From: Balanoglossus misakiensis
Taxonomy: Eukaryota; Animalia; Hemichordata
Assembly: GCA_040954595.2 (NCBI GenBank)
Contig: CM082582.2
Location: forward strand, 5,626,303-5,690,302
Reading direction: 5' to 3'
DNA length: 64,000 nt
The notes under the pieces were generated by a model. That model searched no databases. It saw nothing but the letters and a program-made list of their open reading frames with translations, and was not told the origin of the DNA. Made by a program: the position numbers and the translations under genes. Of the stretch, positions 31,916 to 64,000 are shown in pieces (positions within the stretch are counted from its first letter, which is position 1; each line of letters starts with the position of its first letter).

Positions 31916-33141
31916 GTAGATGTATGGGACCTCCTTCGCGGCGTTGACGATGGCCTTGTCAAAGGACGCCCTCATAGTAATGTTGCCCTGTTTCGGTTTT
32001 CCCGCCATAATCACCCATCCATCCTAAATCTCCATAATAAATATGAAACTCCATTGGGTTATTGTTGATTATATTTAAAGTTTTATTTATAAGGAGATCT
32101 AAAATGACATATCACCCGGGATCAAGAAACGTTTTTTTAATATATATTGTAATCTTCCACTTAAAGTTTTCACTTTTTCTGCCAACTGCGTTATTGTTCT
32201 GTTAAACATTTCTCTGCAGAAACTGTGACAAAATGTCGAAGGAAACTAACTGCGAGATGACGCTATTTGTAAGACCTGTAAACCTAAATCTGCACCTTTT
32301 TTTAATTTGTGGCAGTGTGAAAATACGACCGGGGAATTATTTGAAACACTGAAATATTCCCCTTGATGTACGAACACTACTACTTAACCATTGCTAAGTA
32401 TACAAAAAAACAGTACACGACTGCAAAATCAGCTCATGGATTCCATCATTCAACCTTGTCAAAGTAAGGCTCACATTCCCATTAGTATGCCTCTGTTAAA
32501 CTTTCTTGTCTTTACCTTTGAAGCGCATATTCAATATTAAAGTAATATCATTTCTTTGCATTCTGAATTGTCAGAAAATCTAAAGACATATATAAAGTCT
32601 TTACGAATATATAAAGTCTCCTGAACGAAAAAAAACGTTTTATATGACAACGACATTAAGTAGTTACAATAATAAGAAAATGTTCATCTCCTCTCCAAAA
32701 AGACAGTCCCTGCAGATACCACGTGCTCCATTCAGTTTTCTGCATGGTCGTTCCATTTTCAATTTTTCCACTGTTACCACTTGAAAAAAACACAGCTGCA
32801 AAGAAACAGCGTAATGAATAAAACATATGTCAAAACGGCAGTTCGTTTGTGATGGGTAACTATGTTAACTTGGAATTTGACATCTCAAGTTAAGATGTCT
32901 AAGGTTACGAGGAGCCCTCTGAAGTTCATTGGAGTTCACGTTGTAAAACATGCCATTGAAAGTTTGAGCTTCAACTTACATTCTGGCTAAGCATATCGAT
33001 ACACACGCCTTTCCACACTCACCTAGTTCATGAAAACTCTAAAGTCAAGCACCTTTTACCGAAATATATGCATTAAATAATTCAAAAATATCAGTAGCCT
33101 AAGTTAGTAGTACTATACCTTATTTGCATTTGCCGTATTCT

Positions 33142-34843
33142 TTACTCCCATCCAAAACACACAAAGTAAACGACGATAACCAACACTGTCGTCAGAACAA
33201 CTTCGCTTTCGCCTGCATTTCCCGCGTGAAGACCCACTACATATAAATTGGGTGCATTCAGCCTCACCGTGACGTCACACGCCGTGAAAGTTGACAGGTG
33301 ATTGCATTGACAAGTCAGAAAATCATCGTCGGAGTTGGATTTCAGCTGTATGACATGAAGAAAATATTAAAAAATGGTCAAATGTCAGTAGGCGTTGTTC
33401 AAGGTCGACAAAGTAAATCACCACAACATAACTCACATGAAACAGCGTGTGTGTGTATGTGACACTATTTTCGCGTTATGTTAACTTTGTCAGTTAGACA
33501 AATTTGATGTCATGGCTCCATTTTCGCCCGATAAAATCGTATTTAACTCCTACAAATACCAAATACTTTACCCAGCATCCTTCGGCTTGCCACCGGTGAT
33601 TTGTGACGTTCCAATATCGGCACAAAACAGTCTTCATTGCCAGAGATATGGTGTGCGTCTCATTGAATGGGCACACCACCGTAGAATCATTTATGTTGCC
33701 ATTTGTATCCTGAACACTTATGTTTGCATGGGTCACACTTTCTGTTGAATTTTCCTCAGTACGATCAGGCGAGTCGCTGATGATCGCTGGGTCACTGTCG
33801 TCCCAAGAGGTTGCAGTGTGATTGCAGGCTTTGGTTCCTATAACATGTCAAATAGCAACAGGTGTTATAGTCAACCATTGTTGAACCTGGCATAAACATT
33901 CGTATATGAAATAACTACAGGAAACTTCATACCTACCATATATTTCCAACAGCATGAAGTAAGTTCCTTCTTCAAGATCAGTGATGTACACCGCATTCGA
34001 CTCTTCAGTGTCTATCACGAATCTGGCAAGATGAAATGTTTCATTCGGCATGGTGTCTTTGTCGATGTACATAATGTAAACTCCCAAAGGAATGTCTGGA
34101 GTGACGGTGACCACGGTGGTGCTGTGCTCTGACGTCACGTTGAAAGAGAGTGACAGATGGGAAAACGGGTGAAGTTCATATTGAACCGCATCTTGTTCGG
34201 ATGCCGGCTTCTTGGCGATATCGTACGTGAACGTCTTTTCCGCTGCAAAGTGATTCATCTCGTTGTCCAAAAGATCGAACTCAATTACTGGTAAATGGTC
34301 GAAGACAGAATCTTCTGTATGTCTGTGTGGATTCTCGCGAAAAAGCACAAACTGGAATAGAAATGTGAAGGGAGAAGTCATTATTCACCAACAGTTATGT
34401 GCATTTTACCTATTGGCTATATGAATGTGCTGAACGTGATGCAATGTCTTCGTCACCTGTGAGTCACGTAAAATATCATTGACAACAGTGCATTGACTGT
34501 GAACACCCGTGCTCCAGAAGAACTTAGTGTCGCTGAGAGCGGTTTGTATGAGACCCACACACGCGCGGTGATAACGGTTATGTAAACTTCTACCAACCTT
34601 ACTGTAGAATGTTGATTGAGAGTCGTTCTGTCTCTGGCTGCAGTCATCTGGCAGTTGGAAACTTCCATAGCCATCAGCTGCAAACGTTTTCCCGCAGAGC
34701 GATTTGACGTCGTCTAGTGACAGCTCGGCTTTGAACAAGCTCGTTTCATACACGGCAACTTCAACATTGGGAACAATCAATTTCATGGCTGTCTTCAAAA
34801 CTCTATCAACCACATCAATGATCTCTTCCGTAAAAACACGTTT
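33142..34843 (-). pseudogene. Copy C: 5'-truncated inverted duplicate of gene A exons 33-36 (GAIN/GPS/TM), frames and splice sites intact
   Basis: Exons 34598-34843, 33937-34351, 33572-33837 and 33142-33345 are near-identical to A 26437-28130. The duplicated block is about 32660-34941 versus 26341-28640. GPS reads CQCNHLSTF; same stop position (GWE* versus GYE*). Confidence 0.8.
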
Positions 34844-34941
34844 CTTTTAAGGAAGAAAAGCAGGTAATTGTTTTAATAACAAATATTGTGGTAACGAAAT
34901 GTTTTAACAGGGCATTTTACTGCACCAATAAGTATATACAT

Positions 34942-35638
34942 TGTTACGTAGGAGAAGTTTGCTGTTGTTTTGTGACCAGGTGTGTTTTCGCTTACTTTCG
35001 TAATTTGAATATTTGCGTGACCAGGTGTGGTGCATTCATTATTTTCCCCATATAAAAAGCCCGCACGTGGTGTTGCGGCGTAGGTACTAATTTGGACTTG
35101 CCCGTGTGAGCTGTTCGGTTCCTCGCCGGCTTGGAAGCTGTGCCTTATTTCCTTATACACTGGTCTGGAAACCGCGCCCAGAAGCTGTGTTGTTTCATGC
35201 TGTCCTGGTCTGGAAACCGCGCCCAGAAGTCGTGCTACCTCATGGGGGAATTCGTCCGAAAGCCGTGCCGTCTACCGGGGAATTGTGCCAGAACGCTACT
35301 CGGACTGAACGTCGCTGTTGGGACTGCCTTGGTGCTGGTCGCGTTCGTCGTGCGCTACGGAAGCTTGGACTTTAGTTTTTCATTTCCCACACCTGGTCAC
35401 ATTTAAGGTAGTCATTTATTTTACTGTGTTTATTTCTCAGTGTACAGTAATTTTATATTTACCAATGTTTAGTTGTAGTAATTAAAAGTTTCCATAAGCA
35501 AGGAAATAACGTGTGGTGTGCCTATTGTTGACCGTCTTTGTTGCGTGCTGCGCTGGTTGGTTCACCAAAGCGAGCCATTCAGTAAGTATATTTGCTCACT
35601 GCCCTGTTTCGGAACTGAACGGCCAGCGTGTCGTAACA
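34942..35638 (+). mobile_element. Solo LTR (Gypsy-like, TGTTACG...CGTAACA), copy 1, no TSD
   Basis: About 700 bp, 7-bp inverted termini, TATA-like tataaaaa, near-identical to the copies at 37977 and 48188. Flanks acat / ttgg do not match. Confidence 0.85.
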
Positions 35639-35807
35639 TTGGAATTTACGGGTGGATGCTTCCAGTTGCGATGTTACCAGTCCCCCAAGAGTTGTGTGCG
35701 GAGCGAAAGTTTTTTTAATTAAAAAAGAACAAAGCAAAAAAAGTGGAAAATGACACAACAAGAGTCGCATTTGAGTAACTCATTTATTATATTTCATACG
35801 TGATGAA

Positions 35808-53770
<17,963 letters not shown>

Positions 53771-56627
53771 CTTTAAGGGAAAACGAAAACAGAGATGCAA
53801 CAGGTGCAATCATTCAGCTACACCCTGAAGGACTGCATCCCACCCCTCACCCCCACCCCAAACTTGAAATGTTGGGTGTTTGGCCCGCTCTGGGACAACT
53901 AGACTCTCTCACAGCCCCTTACGTCCGTCGTCAAAATTTTAATCTTACAGTAAAAAGTTTAATCTTGCAGTAATATTATGTGGTGTACTCTGAAAGGATT
54001 TCATTATGTGGCCACTGAGAAGAGTCTTGGTTATTCGTCTGCTATAGCTGTAGCATGCATTGTTCCTTCTGCTCTAATTTAGGCCTGCAGTTATTCCAGT
54101 GAACGTTTTTGTTCTTTCAATGTTCATTATGCATTACCCGCTTGACAATGTTTACATGTCTCAAATTTCCCCGGGGGCGCTATGCAACAATGCGCCCGAT
54201 AATGAAGGCCAACAGGAGAAAGGGTGTCTAGTCCCTGGATGGTGTTATTGCAGGTTGGATATTAGTAAACCAATCAAATTGCACACAAGGGGAAGTCTGT
54301 ACAATCGCAAAAACCATTTTCATTATTAAACAGGCCACTGTTTTCATTCAATACCTACACGGGAATGTATTCATTAATATTGCCACGTGTAATTACAGAT
54401 TGTCATGAATAATTAACAGAATTTAAAATTTAAACATGTAAAAGTGGAAGTCGGCAATAATTCAAAAACTCGATCTCATTAATCAAGGAGCCACTGTTTT
54501 TTTTCTTCTATTTTTATCACACCATCAATGTTGTCCTATACGCAAAGTCACCTGAAATTAAAAAAAAAGCGAGGCAAGCGTGAAGAAAACGGTCGACTGC
54601 AGTTGATTAGAAGTTGGTAGAGATTGTAGTTCACCCGCGCAAAAGTACGACTGTATACCGTATTCTCGTGACGTCAGAATTCTCCATTTCGCATTGAAGA
54701 TTTGCTTCCGATGTATAAGGTTACAGTGAACGCTGTCATCGCTCGTGGTTGCAAACATGTTCTGAACATTGTTATTCGGACCCTTTTTTCGTTAGTTTGT
54801 GAGCCTTTCGCGGCGGATGAAGTGAGATTATCTCTGTAGTGTAGAACTATTTTCATGGCCCAAACCATTAAAAAATATTGTATATGTGTATATATTTGTC
54901 ATCATAGAACATTTATTCATGTAGTGTAATAGTTGAAATAAAGTGCAAATACATGAAGTTTTCCAAATAACAAGGCACGGGAAACTTGACCAATAACAAG
55001 ACTGAACATTTCATGAAACTATCCTGAGTAGAACAAGAAATCGGAGTTGATACATGAGACGAAAATACTGAGGAAAAAATAGCCAAAAGTTAGAGCCGCG
55101 CTACGGGGGGTTTCTGAAGCAATCACAAAATAAGAAGAAAAAAACAGGCCCCGGTAATATCAGTGGTCATGTTCTAATCTTTTTGTGTGGTATATTTTCC
55201 AGCTGTCGCTCCAGCTCAAAAAGGTTACGAAGCTCTGGAAGCAAGCGACAATTGTTCTTGTTACAAGAACCTCTGAAGACGTCAACGATCTTCGACCAGT
55301 TGCACTCACTTCCATTTCGACGAACTTGCAAGATACATAACAAAAGACAAAACATTTCTCAAAGGCTCTTACACTTTGAGACTTTCAGTATTAAGGGCAA
55401 ATTTCTTGGTTCGACGGCGGATGATGCCCACGGCATTTAGACCCGAGCAATAAATCTCTAAAATTGTTTCAAATAAATGTATTTTGCGTGTCACTTGGAA
55501 GTTTCCTGAACAGTGCCAACCTTAAACAGCCAAAAGATTTCCACGAGAAAGCTTTGTAAACTTGCATTATTAAACTTACAGTGTCCAAATTAACTTCTGT
55601 ACGTTTTATCGGTCGATTCAAATACAGAAATCAGTACATACCTCTCTGAGAGCCGATGACCAACAGGATTATGATACGAAACATTGCGTCTTGACGCGCC
55701 ATCCCTGCAGTGCGCGTTTCCTCTTCAAAGACGTCACATCGAATGAAACGGAGACGGCAAACTTTTGCATACACGCATGTACAAGTCACGCTTGGTAACA
55801 CGCACGGCTAGATTGGTTTTCCGAAAACGATTAATTTACGGCGAACACGCGGAATGTCTTCAAATTTGAAAAGGCAGGCTGTCATATTAGAAAGATTAGA
55901 GTTCTTAAAGCGATGAGGCATGGCCATCATTTCTTTCAGTGGTTAATGCATGTTGATTGTGGGTTTGTGGCCAGCGAAGCTAGATTGGTATCGGCAATGG
56001 TGACATGAAAACTCGATAAAGGCATCCATGTCAACAGAGTGCTTTAATCACTCTTCCGTATATTAAAAAATCCTCATTATAATGGTTTAATCATGTCCCT
56101 TCCAACATGTTCTAGGCCTTCCAAATTAAGTGGCTGGACACAACGTTCTTGGTTTTAAAGTTCAACACCTGATATTTAAATGGAGCACTCGGTCGTGATA
56201 ATTAAGGCCGGGGGGGGGGACACTGTTCAACGCCACATATTTTAATACATGTAATGCCAAAGGGGTGACCGACGAATATTTTTATAACAATAGAACCCAA
56301 ATAGTTTCATCATACAGTAGAATAGAGGCTTAGCCTAATATTACACGACATACTCCTCGTTTTCTGCATATTTACTTCAATAACGTACGAAAGAGCAAAA
56401 GGATTACATTACAAGTGTTTAATCTGATAGAACTGAAAACTTGCATTCAACGAATAAAAAAATGAAGATCGGCAAGTAGATACATGTACGACCAATCTGA
56501 GGCACACTGCGCCCCTTCCCCCCTGTTGCACTGCTGCGTCCAAGCTGTGTCGTCTGCTTTACAGTCGGGTTGAGGAAAAAACTCAACATAGCATATTCCA
56601 ATGGTTAATGAGGAGAAAATTCACTCT

Positions 56628-63038
<6,411 letters not shown>

Positions 63039-64000
63039 GGTGTGCAAAAAGTCACACGAGTACAAGCTTCGAAATATAAAAATTGTCTGCAGGAGGACCT
63101 CGCTCCTCTAGGTTGCCATCGACAGCAAGCTTCCCAAAGTTTACAAAGTTTGGTCCCCGACTTCTGGACCCTCGATCCAAAGGTAGGTCAGATATAATCA
63201 CGGCGCGGCGTTGCTAAGTCAGTCGATTCCACTTCTAAACCCTGATGACGTAGACAAAGATGAGTACTTGCGTGACTTCCAACAATTACTGTAAATTTTA
63301 TTTTCGTCTTTAAAAAAATTGTCAACCCATAATCATGTGTTGGATATTTCACTGAGATTTTCCTACTCGACTAGCTTCTAACAGTGTTAAATTCACTTTA
63401 AATTAAATCTTAGGAATTCAATTACAGTAAAATAGACGTTCAGTTTTTATGTAAACATATGGAGGCAACAAAATATAAACAAAAACAAATGCAGAACACA
63501 TGATTTGGCACGTGATAGATTTAGCATGTGATAGATTGTACCCGATAACGTGTGTCACAATACTGTCAGGAATATACGATTGCCTGTCAGAAAAACCAGA
63601 TTACTTCTTCAACAATTTTACTTCCACTCCACGTGTAACTTAAATTCGAATTCACAAATAACCGTGAATAAGGAAACAAAATCTGTGGATATGCGAACAA
63701 GGAAAACAACTGTCGCTGTCGCGATAGGGATAATAATCTGATGACTGAATTTCAGGCCCAGGCCGGCTAGGCCCCCGTCGTGGAGTACATGTACAAAAAA
63801 GTTAAAGGGGCTAGGCTCCACTTTCTTGACAGAAATATCCAGCCCTGTGACATAAAATTTGACTTTGCAATATAAGCAAGACAAGCTTCTTAATCTACAG
63901 AAAAGATATTGCTGATCACCTGGTCACTTCCGTAATTGTAGGCACAGAGTTCCTACTGCAGCCGTCAGACCAGAGGCTCTTCATCGATATCGTGAATCAC

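Noticed and set aside
31445-32068. 207-aa plus-strand ORF
   Set aside because: Starts inside a MITE, has no recognisable domain, and is antisense to the putative BTB fragment.
34873-35722. Recurrent ORFs (MSCSVPRRLG..., MPIVDRLCC...) also seen at about 38000-38750 and 48350-48925
   Set aside because: They recur because they lie in the solo LTR copies; frames differ between copies and there are no gag/pol motifs.
63880-64000. Possible last exon of an upstream minus-strand gene (VIHDIDEEPLV*)
   Set aside because: Too short at the window edge to support.

Overview
Eukaryotic, intron-rich and AT-rich DNA. Gene content and repeats suggest a marine invertebrate deuterostome (hemichordate, echinoderm or amphioxus-like; this is inference). 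Layout: three tandem NAT8/Camello-like N-acetyltransferase genes (-), then a 36-exon mosaic lectin receptor, gene A (+, 8201-28130, about 2063 aa). Gene A order: signal peptide, CTL, FTP, CTL, CTL, hevein-like, FTP, CTL split by kringle+FTP, sushi, kringle, sushi, REJ, GAIN/GPS, single hydrophobic C-terminus. Next come a fourth NAT8-like gene (-), an intact inverted copy C of A's last four exons (-) that ends exactly at a solo LTR with no target-site duplication (TSD), a paralogous receptor B (-, 35808 to at least 53770), and acyloxyacyl hydrolase AOAH (-, 56628-63038). The most striking feature is a C-type lectin domain with a kringle and a fucolectin domain nested inside it, conserved in both paralogs, with an EPN versus QPD motif switch. 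Copy C could also serve as an alternative 3' cassette for B. Many small non-autonomous transposons with readable TSDs are present. Exon coordinates were read by eye from GT-AG sites and frame continuity; no database searches were run.
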